Assembly: GCA_045537905.1 (NCBI GenBank)
Contig: JAZSQJ010000015.1
Span: 3,574 to 67,573, forward strand
Length of the DNA stretch: 64,000 nucleotides
Reading direction: 5' to 3'
From: Eubacteriales bacterium
GTDB lineage: Bacteria; Bacillota; Clostridia; Oscillospirales; CAG-382
The stretch's first letter is position 1; each line of letters opens with the position of its first letter. Position numbers and translations under genes: made by a program. Of the stretch, positions 35,595 through 44,509 are shown piece after piece. Under the pieces are notes generated by a model. That model worked only from the letters and a program-made list of their open reading frames with translations. It was not told where the DNA came from and made no database searches.

Positions 35595-36290
35595 GTGCGG
35601 TGTTTCAAGTATAATAACGGCAATAAAATCATTAATAACGCCCTTAAAGAGCAATACAAAATATTGACAGAGGATGAAAAACGCATATTCCGTCAAAGAA
35701 AACGGTGGAAAACATTCAGTGTTATTGTCTTCTTTCTGATCTACTGTTTGTGTTTAGCACTTGGCATTTATTTATTGGTATCAATTCCATTGCCAAACCA
35801 TTGGCTTATGGAAGCTCTTGTTATTGTCGGCAAGATGATAATAGGCTTTATTATAGCTATTTTATCCGGAGGCTTAAGCTTTTGGATAACCACGCCCCTA
35901 TGGAATAAGCTTGATTCACTGCATACCCCTTCGATGAAAAAAGAGCTTTTTTCAAAAGCCTGCAAGCCATTGCGGGAGTATTACCGATTAACAGAGCCGT
36001 ATATCGTAACAAAATGCTTTGATGCCACGGATAAAAGCTTCCAAAACCATGACGTGTGTATTTTTGCAGTTGATGGCGAGTTGCGTATCACCACTGATAT
36101 TATCCGTGGATTTCTTCACGGTGAAAGAGATTTGGGGTGCTACGCCTTCAAATTTGACGAGATAACGCTGACAAAGGCACTGGAGAATAATCGCTTGGTA
36201 GCGGAGCTGAAAGCGGATAATACCCTTTTTCTGCTAGGCTACCGTGCAAAAAGCTTTATTGAGAAATTGATAAATAAAAAGTTTAATTAA
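35595..36290 (+). CDS. hypothetical 2-TM membrane protein with C-terminal soluble domain
   Basis: GTG start 6 nt after GGAGGG. Two long hydrophobic helices are followed by a ~120-aa soluble region. No family was recognised. Confidence 0.55.
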   Translation: MRCFKYNNGNKIINNALKEQYKILTEDEKRIFRQRKRWKTFSVIVFFLIYCLCLALGIYLLVSIPLPNHWLMEALVIVGKMIIGFIIAILSGGLSFWITTPLWNKLDSLHTPSMKKELFSKACKPLREYYRLTEPYIVTKCFDATDKSFQNHDVCIFAVDGELRITTDIIRGFLHGERDLGCYAFKFDEITLTKALENNRLVAELKADNTLFLLGYRAKSFIEKLINKKFN

Positions 36291-36374
36291 TTTAATTTTT
36301 TTGAACGGATTTGCCTCCCTCAATCGTATTGTTGTATGAAGCCGTAAAAAACGGCAAATTCTAGGAGGTATATT

Positions 36375-37310
36375 ATGAAAAGACTACTCACATCCATTTT
36401 AGCGCTGACCTTAGTGTTGGTAATCTCAGGTGTTTCTGCCTATGCCGTTGGCTTTGGACGCAGGGCACCCCTTGCTCTTGACGACGCTGTTGTATCCGAG
36501 GACTTCTCTGAGGAAGAAATATCTGTAGACGTATCCGAGGACACTGCAGAGGAAGAAATCTCTGAAGACCTTTTCGAAGACGTAAGCGTAGAAGAAAGCT
36601 CTGAAGCTGTTTCTGAGGATATAACAGATGAGGAAATTTCCGAAGAGGCTTCCGACGAAACCATTGTTGATGAAACATCCGAAGAAGAGATTTCCGAGGA
36701 CGTTTCTGAAGAAATCTCTGAAGACGTTTCCGAGGATGTCTCTGAAGATATCTCCGAAGATATCCCTGAAGAAAAGCATGAACAGGGCAAGAAGCCCAAC
36801 AAAACTCACACTGCAGAAACCTGCAAAAAGCTCGTAGATGCAGACGGCGATGGCCTTTGTGATAACTGTGTGGATGCAGACGAAGACGGTATCTGTGACA
36901 ACACAGGCAAGGGTAACAAAGGCGATAAGGGCGATAAGGCTGACGAAGCAGGCAAGACCCACACTGCAGAAACCTGCAAAAAGCTCGTAGATGCAGACGG
37001 TGACGGCCTTTGCGATAACTGTGTAGACACTGACGGTGATGGTATCTGCGACAACAAGCCCGCAAAGGCAGATAAGGCAGAAGGTGACAAACCCGCAAAA
37101 GCAGAGGGTAAAAAGAATCAGAAGTGCGAAAACTTTATAGATGAAGACGGTGACGGCATCTGCGACAATAAGCCCGCAAGGAAAGAGTCTGCAGAGGGAG
37201 ACAAACCCCAAAAGGGCGATAAGTTTGTTGACGAAGACGGTGACGGCGTTTGTGACAACAAGGGCGCAAAGGGCGGCAAGGGTCAACAAAAAGGAAGAAA
37301 CAGAAAATAA
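36375..37310 (+). CDS. secreted acidic protein with thrombospondin-type-3-like Ca-binding Cys repeats (DxDGDGxCDN)
   Basis: AGGAGG RBS and signal peptide. An EEISEDVSE-type acidic low-complexity region is followed by six DADGDGLCDNC / DEDGDGICDN motifs that resemble TSP type 3 repeats. It lies directly upstream of an ECF sigma gene. Confidence 0.7.
   Translation: MKRLLTSILALTLVLVISGVSAYAVGFGRRAPLALDDAVVSEDFSEEEISVDVSEDTAEEEISEDLFEDVSVEESSEAVSEDITDEEISEEASDETIVDETSEEEISEDVSEEISEDVSEDVSEDISEDIPEEKHEQGKKPNKTHTAETCKKLVDADGDGLCDNCVDADEDGICDNTGKGNKGDKGDKADEAGKTHTAETCKKLVDADGDGLCDNCVDTDGDGICDNKPAKADKAEGDKPAKAEGKKNQKCENFIDEDGDGICDNKPARKESAEGDKPQKGDKFVDEDGDGVCDNKGAKGGKGQQKGRNRK
36804..36902 (+). repeat. 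99-nt direct repeat, copy 1 (within the acidic Cys-repeat gene)
   Basis: It encodes THTAETCKKLVDADGDGLCDNCVDADEDGICDN. It is about 90% identical by eye to 36957-37055. Confidence 0.8.
36957..37055 (+). repeat. 99-nt direct repeat, copy 2
   Basis: It encodes THTAETCKKLVDADGDGLCDNCVDTDGDGICDN. Confidence 0.8.
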
Positions 37311-37334
37311 ATCATTACACAGTGAGGCGATATT

Positions 37335-37817
37335 GTGCGAAGTGAAATAGAATTAAACAACGCAATAGAGCTGTACTCAAACACTATGAGGCGAATATGT
37401 ATGTTGCATTTGAAGAATTATCACGATGCAGAGGACATCTGCCAGTCGGTGTTTATCAAATATATGTGCAGCGACCTTGTGTTTGAAAGCAGAGAGCATG
37501 AAAAGGCGTGGATTATCAGAGTAACGATCAACGCCTGTAAGGATATGCTTAAAAGCTTTTTCAAAACTCGCACGGTTAGCTTTAATGAGTTAATAAGTGA
37601 AGCAGAATGCGTTTCTCCTGAATCAAGCTGTGTTTTGGAGGCGGTGTTATCACTGCCTCCTAAATACAAAAACGTAGTGTACCTGCATTACTACGAGGGA
37701 TACACCGCACCCGAGATAGGGAAGCTTCTTGGCAAGAACGTTAACACGGTATACACGCTTTTGAAAAGAGCAAAAAATATGCTTAAGGAAAGGTTGGGAG
37801 GTGAAGAATTTGCATAA
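37335..37817 (+). CDS. ECF-type sigma-70 family RNA polymerase sigma factor
   Basis: GTG start 7 nt after GTGAGG. The region-2-like segment is DAEDICQSVFIKY...EKAWIIRVTINACKDMLK. The region-4 HTH is YEGYTAPEIGKLLGKNVNTVYTLLKRAKNMLKE. Confidence 0.85.
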   Translation: MRSEIELNNAIELYSNTMRRICMLHLKNYHDAEDICQSVFIKYMCSDLVFESREHEKAWIIRVTINACKDMLKSFFKTRTVSFNELISEAECVSPESSCVLEAVLSLPPKYKNVVYLHYYEGYTAPEIGKLLGKNVNTVYTLLKRAKNMLKERLGGEEFA

Positions 37818-38625
37818 AGATATAAAAAAAGCCTTTGATGAAATCGGTGCGGACAGGGGGTTTAAGGAAAGACTGAAGCTGGGTGTGACGGAAAAACTGC
37901 CTACCGAAAAAAGGAAAAACTACTTTAAGTATGCGGTAGCAGCCGCAGCCTGTATGCTTGTTCTTTGCCTGGGTCTTGTTGGCTACAAGCTGTACTTTAC
38001 CCCAATTACAGTCATCAGCGTGGATATAAACCCATCTGTAGAGCTGGGTATTAACCGTTTTGACAAGGTGGTAACGGTAGAGGCGTTTAATGAAGAGGGT
38101 GCAGAGATAGCTGACTCGGTAAATGTTAAGCACCTTAATTATAAGGATGCGGTTGACAAGCTTCTCAACGATGACTCCTTTGCAAAGTATGTGGAGACAG
38201 AAGGCACGGTTTACCTTACGGTGTTTGGCGACAACAAGGAGACAGACAGCGTTGCCGAAAAGCTTATGGAGTACTCCAGCGAGAGAGGTGACGTAAACTG
38301 TAAGCACGGAGGCAAGGGTAATAAGGAAGCTCACAAAAACGGGCTGTCTGCAGGAAAATATGACGCCTACCTGAAAATGAAAGAATATAACCCTGACCTT
38401 ACTGTGGAACAGGTAAAGGGCATGACCATGCGCGAGCTTATGGAAAACCGGCACAACGATCAAAACAACAACCGACCCAACCACAATGGCGATACAAACA
38501 AGCCTGATACAGACATCGGCAACCCCGATATAGATATAAGCCGTCCCAACCGTCCAGGTAAGGGCAACGAAAGCCACGACGGACAAGGCAACCAAAACTC
38601 CCACGGAAACGGCAGAGGAGATTAA
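37801..38625 (+). CDS. putative anti-sigma factor (single-pass membrane protein)
   Basis: It overlaps the sigma gene stop. There is a cytoplasmic N-terminus, one TM helix (YAVAAAACMLVLCLGLVGYKLYF), an extracytoplasmic segment ISVDINPSVELGINRFDKVVTVEAFNEEG, and an Asn/Asp/Gly/His-rich tail. The start may be the TTG at 37810. Confidence 0.6.
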   Translation: MKNLHKDIKKAFDEIGADRGFKERLKLGVTEKLPTEKRKNYFKYAVAAAACMLVLCLGLVGYKLYFTPITVISVDINPSVELGINRFDKVVTVEAFNEEGAEIADSVNVKHLNYKDAVDKLLNDDSFAKYVETEGTVYLTVFGDNKETDSVAEKLMEYSSERGDVNCKHGGKGNKEAHKNGLSAGKYDAYLKMKEYNPDLTVEQVKGMTMRELMENRHNDQNNNRPNHNGDTNKPDTDIGNPDIDISRPNRPGKGNESHDGQGNQNSHGNGRGD

Positions 38626-38632
38626 TCCGAAC

Positions 38633-38680
38633 AAAAAAACAACACCTCATATGGGGAAACCCCAGGAGGTGTTGTTTTGT
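38633..38680. terminator. bidirectional hairpin between convergent genes
   Basis: AACAACACCTC ... GAGGTGTTGTT, with an inner GGGGaaaCCCC hairpin and flanking A and T tracts. Confidence 0.6.
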
Positions 38681-38694
38681 GTTATTGTTAAAGC

Positions 38695-39639
38695 CTAGTC
38701 ACAGCAGGGGTCTACTTTCTTAGCCTTCTTGACCTCGGGAGCGGGGGAGGTTACGTCGCCCAGTCCTGTAGTTTCGGAAAACAAAACGTTTGCCTTGGTA
38801 GCGTTGACTGCATCGGTAGGAACGATAATCTTAGAAGCCTTGCCGTTAGACATAGCAACCAAAGCCTCGTACTTCTTAATCTCAAGCACTGCCGCATCTG
38901 CTCCTGCCTCTTTCAGTGCACGCAGACCGTCAGCCTCTGCCTTTTTAGCAAGGTAAATGGCTTTAGCTTCACCCTCTGCACGGGCAATACGTGCATCACG
39001 CTCACCCTCAGCAGCAAGTATCATTGCCTGCTTTTCACCCTCGGCTCTGGTAATAGAAGCCGCCTTGTGACCTTCAGCCTGCAACAGGGTTTCACGGCGG
39101 TCACGCTCTGCCTTCATCTGCTTTTCCATTGCGTTTTGTATCTCGGCAGGAGGAATGATATTCTTCAGCTCAACACGGTTTACTTTTATGCCCCACTTAT
39201 CCGTAGCCTCGTCAAGGATGGCGGTCATCTTTGCGTTGATGGTATCACGGGAGGTAAGGGTGCCGTCCAGCTCCAGCTCACCAACTATGTTACGGAGTGT
39301 GGTAGCGGCAAGGTTGGAAAGGGCAGAGATAGGGTTTACAGCACCGTAAGCGTAAAGGTTAGAGTCGTAAACGGCAAAATAAACCACGGTATCGATCTGC
39401 ATAGTAACGTTATCCTTGGTGATAACGGGCTGAGGAGGGGAGTCAAGCACCTGCTCCATCAGCGTAACCTTTTTTGCAACCCTGTCAACAAAGGGAACGG
39501 TTACGTGAAAGCCTGCACCCCACGTGGTTCTGTATTTACCCAGACGCTCGATAACGTATTCGTGGGCTTGGGGTACGATTTTTGCATTTACAATAATGAT
39601 AATAAGTAAGATAACGACTGCAATAATAGCAAATTCCAT
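38695..39639 (-). CDS. SPFH/Band 7 (stomatin/prohibitin-like) membrane protein
   Basis: The ATG at 39639 has a GGAGAG RBS. There is an N-terminal anchor helix, then IVPQAHEYVIERLGKYRTTWGAGFHVTVPFVDRV and an EA-rich coiled coil, as in stomatin-like proteins. Confidence 0.85.
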   Translation of the reverse strand: MEFAIIAVVILLIIIIVNAKIVPQAHEYVIERLGKYRTTWGAGFHVTVPFVDRVAKKVTLMEQVLDSPPQPVITKDNVTMQIDTVVYFAVYDSNLYAYGAVNPISALSNLAATTLRNIVGELELDGTLTSRDTINAKMTAILDEATDKWGIKVNRVELKNIIPPAEIQNAMEKQMKAERDRRETLLQAEGHKAASITRAEGEKQAMILAAEGERDARIARAEGEAKAIYLAKKAEADGLRALKEAGADAAVLEIKKYEALVAMSNGKASKIIVPTDAVNATKANVLFSETTGLGDVTSPAPEVKKAKKVDPCCD

Positions 39640-39769
39640 AATATTCTCTCCTTTTTGTTTTATTACAATCATATTATACAGCAGGGAAGAGAAAAATGCA
39701 ATACATAATTCTTTCCATAAGCAAAAAGCATCTGCCCCCACCAAGCTTGGTCGATGCAGATGCTTAAAC

Positions 39770-40282
39770 TTATTTTTTCTTTTTGGGTTTCAAACGTTTT
39801 ACTCCCCGTTCCTTCAACAGCTTCTTAAACCTTTTATAGTTTGTAAGGCTGTTACTTATACGCATAGGGAGCCCCTTATCAAAATACAAAAGTATCGTAT
39901 ACTCTTCCTCAACATAGCCCGAGGTGTCTCCGTACCGGCTTGTGTCTATCCGGTATTCCCCCTCGGTATGCTTCAGTCTGTAAGCCCTTGCCTTGCTCCA
40001 TTCCTTTTTTCGGCAGTACAGATACAAACAGCGTTTTTCTATATACTCTGCCGTAACCGTAACCTTGTAGCTTTTCTTAAATATCTTATGCAGTACGGAG
40101 AAAAGGGCAAAGGGGACAGCAATATAGTACACGTAGAGAATGTTTTGTGCAAAGAAAGCCCAACCACACACAAAAACCGCAAAAAACCAAGCTATAAACC
40201 GTAAAACCACGTCAAGATCGGTTGTTTTACATTCAAGTACCAATACGTCTTGTCTTTCGTCCACAAAATCACCTCGGCGCAT
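39770..40282 (-). CDS. hypothetical 2-TM membrane protein
   Basis: Its start overlaps the stop region of the upstream fusion gene (TAAAAATG). It has two TM helices, a soluble basic C-terminal domain and a KPKKKK tail. Confidence 0.55.
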   Translation of the reverse strand: MRRGDFVDERQDVLVLECKTTDLDVVLRFIAWFFAVFVCGWAFFAQNILYVYYIAVPFALFSVLHKIFKKSYKVTVTAEYIEKRCLYLYCRKKEWSKARAYRLKHTEGEYRIDTSRYGDTSGYVEEEYTILLYFDKGLPMRISNSLTNYKRFKKLLKERGVKRLKPKKKK

Positions 40283-40284
40283 TT

Positions 40285-42744
40285 TTACTGTTTAAGTCCT
40301 AAAATCTCAGCAGACATATCACGCATCTTGTATTTAAGAATTTTACCTGCCGCATTCATCGGGAACTCCTTCACAAACAAAAAGTATCTGGGCACCTTAT
40401 GTCTTGCGATAGAAGCGTTACCGTACTCCTTCATTTCTTCCTCGGTAGCTGTCTCACCGTCGTGGAGTATCACCCAGGCACAGCATTCCTCGCCGTACCT
40501 TTCGTCGGGTACGCCAACAACCTGTACGTCACGCACCTTGGGATTGGTAAGATAAAACTCCTCAATCTCACGGGGGTAAAGGTTTTCACCGCCACGGATA
40601 ATCATATCCTTAAGTCTGCCCGTTACCTTGTAGTAACCGTCGGGAGTACGGCAGCAGATGTCACCGCTGTGAAGCCAGCCGTCGGCGTCGATGGCTTGTG
40701 CGGTAGCCTCAGGCATTTTGTAATAGCCCTTCATTATGTTAAAGCCGCGGGCAACAAACTCGCCGCTCTCACCGTCGGGAAGCTCCTCGCCTGTTTCGGG
40801 GTCTATAACCTTACACTCTACACCGGGGAAAGGACTGCCAACGGTTTCAACACGGTGGTCAAGGTCCTCGTTAACCTCGCCCATAGTACAGCCGGGGGAA
40901 GCCTCCGTCTGCCCGTAAACGGATATAATCTCCGTCATATTCATCTCGGCGGCGGCACGCCTCATCAAATCGGCAGGGCAGTTAGCACCAGCCATAATAC
41001 CCGTACGCATATAAGAGAAATCGGTCTTTGCAAAATCCGGGTGTCCAAACATAGCAATAAACATAGTAGGCACGCCGTTAAAGCAGGTTATATGCTCGTC
41101 GTTTACACAGGCAAGGGAGGACTTGGGAGAGAAATAGGGAATAGGACACAGGGTACCGCCGTGGGTCATAGTGGAGGTCATAGAAAGCACCATTCCGAAG
41201 CAATGGAACATAGGCACCTGTATCATCATACGGTCAGCAGTAGAAAGATCCATACGGTCGCCTATGGTCTTACCGTTGTTTACGATGTTGCGGTGGGTAA
41301 GCATAACGCCCTTGGGAAAGCCTGTAGTACCGGAGGTATACTGCATATTGCAAACGTCATCAGGCTTAACAAGGGAAGCTCTTCTGTAAACCTCCTCACG
41401 GGGTACCAGGGAAGAACGTGCCATCATCTGCTCGAAGGAGAGACAGCCTTCCATAGAAAAGCCAACGGTAACTACGTTGCGAAGGAAGGGCAGGTTTTTG
41501 GAATACAGCGCCTTACCGGGGGTAAGACCCTCCAGCTCGGGACAAAGCTGTTTTATAATCTCCTTATAGTTGATATCCTTGCAGAACTCAATCATCACCA
41601 GAGTATGGGTGTCGGACTGCCTTAAAAGATATTCAATCTCGTGTATCTTGTAAGCGGTGTTTACGGTTACAAGCACGGCACCGATCTTTGTGGTTGCCCA
41701 AAAGGTAATAAACCATTCGGGCACGTTGGTTGCCCATACAGCCACGTGGTCACCCGCCTTAACGCCTAAGGATATAAGGGCGGCGGCACACTTGTCCACG
41801 TCACGGCGGAACTGCTCGTAGGTCCTGGTATAGTCCAGGGTGGGGTACTTAAAGGCATACTGGTCGGGGTATTTTGTTGCCATGGTGTCAAGCACGTCGG
41901 AGAAGGTAGCGTCAATAACGTCGTACTTCTTCCAAACGAAGGTGCCTGTTTTTGCCCTGTTGTAGTAAACCTTATCGGTTTTCTTTTTATCACGGGCAAG
42001 GGAAGAGATATAGTTGGTAAAATGGGTAAGCACTATATCGGCATCGTTAATCTCCTCGTTCCAGGCGGCACAGATAAAGCCGTCAAAGTTAAGGGAGGAG
42101 AGGGCATCGAGAATCTTTTCCACAGGCAGCTCACCCTCACCGATAAGCACGGTTTTGCCGTCCTTCATATCCCCAAGACGAACGTATTTAATGTATGCGC
42201 CAAGGGTTTTGATGGTGGTCTCTGCAGTTTCACCTGCAGAAAAATAGGTGCCTCTTATATTCCAGGATGCGCCGAGCACAGCCGAGGAAAAGAAGTTTAT
42301 TATATCAATAACCTTTTCCGTGTCAGACAGGTATCCGATAGTCTCCAGAAGTATGCCCACGTCCAAAGTCTCGGCACGCTTAATGGCGTTGCCCAGCTTT
42401 TCCGCAAGCAGCTCCTTGGATACCTCCTTTTCCACACGGACGATAATATTGGCAATGCCTGCGTTTGCCGCCATTTCCACGTATTTAAGTATGGCGTCGG
42501 CACTTGCCTCCTCGGTCTCTACGGAGTAGGGATAGCTCAGTGCAGAAACGGTAAGCCCTCTGTTTATAAGCTTTCTCTTGGAGTCAGCAACACGGTCACG
42601 ACGCAGTATGCTGTCGTGGTGCTGATTGCGTTCCTTTATTGCATCGTAAATCTCAAAGCCCTCAAAGCCGTAGTCAAAGGCGTAACGGCACAAATCAATA
42701 AAAGAGGGACGATTTACAAATTTTGTTGAAAACACTATTTTCAT
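40285..42744 (-). CDS. fusion protein: xylose-isomerase-like TIM barrel (sugar phosphate isomerase/epimerase family) + AMP-dependent acyl-CoA synthetase/ligase
   Basis: The N-terminal ~270 aa show the AP_endonuc_2/TIM pattern (FEGFEIYD..., ILLETIG..., YVRLGD...). The C-terminal ~520 aa carry adenylation motifs YTSGTTGFPKGVMLTHRN, WLHSGDICCRTPDGYYKVTGRLKDMIIRGGENLYPREIE and AGKILKYK. Confidence 0.85.
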   Translation of the reverse strand: MKIVFSTKFVNRPSFIDLCRYAFDYGFEGFEIYDAIKERNQHHDSILRRDRVADSKRKLINRGLTVSALSYPYSVETEEASADAILKYVEMAANAGIANIIVRVEKEVSKELLAEKLGNAIKRAETLDVGILLETIGYLSDTEKVIDIINFFSSAVLGASWNIRGTYFSAGETAETTIKTLGAYIKYVRLGDMKDGKTVLIGEGELPVEKILDALSSLNFDGFICAAWNEEINDADIVLTHFTNYISSLARDKKKTDKVYYNRAKTGTFVWKKYDVIDATFSDVLDTMATKYPDQYAFKYPTLDYTRTYEQFRRDVDKCAAALISLGVKAGDHVAVWATNVPEWFITFWATTKIGAVLVTVNTAYKIHEIEYLLRQSDTHTLVMIEFCKDINYKEIIKQLCPELEGLTPGKALYSKNLPFLRNVVTVGFSMEGCLSFEQMMARSSLVPREEVYRRASLVKPDDVCNMQYTSGTTGFPKGVMLTHRNIVNNGKTIGDRMDLSTADRMMIQVPMFHCFGMVLSMTSTMTHGGTLCPIPYFSPKSSLACVNDEHITCFNGVPTMFIAMFGHPDFAKTDFSYMRTGIMAGANCPADLMRRAAAEMNMTEIISVYGQTEASPGCTMGEVNEDLDHRVETVGSPFPGVECKVIDPETGEELPDGESGEFVARGFNIMKGYYKMPEATAQAIDADGWLHSGDICCRTPDGYYKVTGRLKDMIIRGGENLYPREIEEFYLTNPKVRDVQVVGVPDERYGEECCAWVILHDGETATEEEMKEYGNASIARHKVPRYFLFVKEFPMNAAGKILKYKMRDMSAEILGLKQ

Positions 42745-42755
42745 AAGTCTGCTTA

Positions 42756-44141
42756 TTACTCCTCTTCAAACACTATTTTGTTCAAAGCGTTTATATAGGC
42801 TCTGATACTGGCGGCAACGATATCGGTAGAAATGCCGTTACCCGAATAAAGCTTGCCGTTATTGCGAAGCTTAACGAGGGCACTACCCAAGGCATCCTTA
42901 CCTTCGGTAACAGCCTGTATCTGGAAATCGTCCAGCTCGTAATGGTGACCTATGCACTGCTCGATAGCACGGAAGGCAGAATCTACGGCACCGTCACCCA
43001 TACTAACGCCGTATATAAGCTCACCGCCGCACTTAAGTGTTACCTGCGACATAGAGCTGGTGACGTTACTGCAGGTGGTGGTATAGCTTTCAAGATGGTA
43101 GGTGGAGGGAGCCTGCATAGCGTAGCTTGCTACAAGTGCGTCAAACTCCTTGGCACCGATAGCACCCTTCTTTTCACAAACCTTTATCAAAGCCTTGTGT
43201 ACGTTACCGCAGTCAACCTCAGAAAGGTCATAGCCTAACACGGCGGCAGTTTGTGCAACCTGTGCAATACTGCAGTCGGAGTCCAGCAGTATCTTCTTGC
43301 TTTCGCTGACTGTCTCGTCAGTATAAACCTGATGGCTTATGCTGGAAAGCATATCCTCAATGCTGGTGTGTATCTTGGTGCCGTCCAGATTGCTCTGGGC
43401 GTCAATCTCCGCACCGCAAACCTTAAGTGCGTCAGACAGCTTGCCTGTAAGCAGAACGTCCTTGCCTGCCATAGCGCATTTTACGCCGTCAATACCTTTA
43501 GCAATGCACGTAATAGCAGAGGAAACCGCCATGCTTATCTTATCGGAGGTCTGAATATATACGGGCACGTCAACGGCGGCCTTAACCTTTTCAGCCAGTG
43601 CAGCTATACTTTCGGGCAGAGAAATACCCGCATCGTCACAAAGGGTAACAAGGGTAGCACCCTTTTCAACAGCCTCTTTAGCCGCAGCAATCAAAAAGTC
43701 CTCATCAGCACGGGTAGCGTCAAGGGCGGCAAACTCAACGTCCTCGGTAAGTCCCTTAGCAGCCTTAACCAGCTCGCCTATCTTTGCAAGCATCTTGTCG
43801 CTTTTAAGATGGTAAATATATTCCATCTGAACGGTAGAAACGGGCAGCTCTACCTGTAAACGGGGATTTCCGGCGCTTTTAATGCACTCAAAAGCATCAA
43901 CCACGGAGGATACCGTAAAGCCTACGGGTATAGCAAGGGTAGCGTTTTTAACCTTTTGTGCGATGGTTTTATAAATAATACCGTCTTCACGAAGATTCTT
44001 AACAGGTGCAAGCTCAACGGCGTCTACACCCAACGCAGCCGCACAAGCGGCAATCGCAGCCTTTTCACGGAACAGCAGGGAAACCTCGCTGCTTCCTCCA
44101 AGCTTCTTAAGCGTGATATCGGTAACTTTAACGTTTCTCAT
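42756..44141 (-). CDS. 2-isopropylmalate synthase/homocitrate synthase-like protein with LeuA allosteric (dimerisation) domain; catalytic motifs degenerate
   Basis: The HMGL-like barrel is recognisable (ALDATRADEDFL, LCDDAGISLPES), as is the C-terminal LeuA_dimer-like region (GDGAVDSAFRAIEQCIG...QIQAVTEGKDALGSALVKLRNNGKLYSGNGISTDIVAASIRAYINALNKI). However, DTTLRDGEQ is TDITLKKLGG and the HxH motif is IQTSDK. Confidence 0.7.
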   Translation of the reverse strand: MRNVKVTDITLKKLGGSSEVSLLFREKAAIAACAAALGVDAVELAPVKNLREDGIIYKTIAQKVKNATLAIPVGFTVSSVVDAFECIKSAGNPRLQVELPVSTVQMEYIYHLKSDKMLAKIGELVKAAKGLTEDVEFAALDATRADEDFLIAAAKEAVEKGATLVTLCDDAGISLPESIAALAEKVKAAVDVPVYIQTSDKISMAVSSAITCIAKGIDGVKCAMAGKDVLLTGKLSDALKVCGAEIDAQSNLDGTKIHTSIEDMLSSISHQVYTDETVSESKKILLDSDCSIAQVAQTAAVLGYDLSEVDCGNVHKALIKVCEKKGAIGAKEFDALVASYAMQAPSTYHLESYTTTCSNVTSSMSQVTLKCGGELIYGVSMGDGAVDSAFRAIEQCIGHHYELDDFQIQAVTEGKDALGSALVKLRNNGKLYSGNGISTDIVAASIRAYINALNKIVFEEE

Positions 44142-44196
44142 ATTGAAAACTCCTTTTTCAGCTAGTGTATATAATAAAAACTATACGTAATAAAAC

Positions 44197-44503
44197 AAAA
44201 AACGCCCTCGTCTCCTTGTTCTTTGCAAAGAGACGAAAACGCATTAACCCACAGGGGGTATATTCCGTTTCCGCGGTACCACTCTTTTTCGTCCCTCAAA
44301 GGAACGCACCTTAGATGCCACCACATCTTAACTCTGTAACGGGAGTTCCCGTCTGTCACTACCTTCTACCGACGGTGATAAAAATCGCAACAGCCGCTCC
44401 GCGGTGAGTTCAGCAAAGCTTTCCCGGCGTTTCACAGCAACCAACGCCTCTCTCAAAGGTGAAATCATTCGCTTACTATTCCGCATCTCTGCGTTTATCA
44501 ATG
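44197..44503 (-). promoter_or_regulatory. T-box riboswitch leader, predicted Leu (CUC) specifier, with terminator/antiterminator
   Basis: Reading the minus strand gives the expected elements. Stem I has GCAGAGATGCGG..AATAGTA on the 5' side. There is an AG-bulge/distal loop GAGAGAGGCGTTGGTTGCTGTGAAACGCC. The specifier-loop 3' side is GAA-CTC-A (CTC at 44406-44408). The conserved T-box sequence is AGAGTGGTACCGCGG (44271-44285). A 12-bp terminator stem CGUUUUCGUCUC/GAGACGAGGGCG plus UUUUUU lies at 44197-44241. Confidence 0.85.
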
Positions 44504-44509
44504 TGTTGC

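Noticed and set aside
36388-37289. 236-aa and 287-aa minus-strand ORFs
   Set aside because: They are antisense to the acidic TSP3-like repeat gene. The repetitive GAA/GAC codons keep the opposite frames open.
37783-38634. 283-aa minus-strand ORF
   Set aside because: It is antisense to the anti-sigma gene. The plus-strand arrangement of a sigma gene overlapping an anti-sigma gene with a single TM helix is the coherent reading.
40399-41625. 408-aa plus-strand ORF, with further ORFs at 42022-42729 and 43251-43859
   Set aside because: They are antisense to the ligase fusion and the IPMS-like genes, both of which carry clear family motifs on the minus strand.
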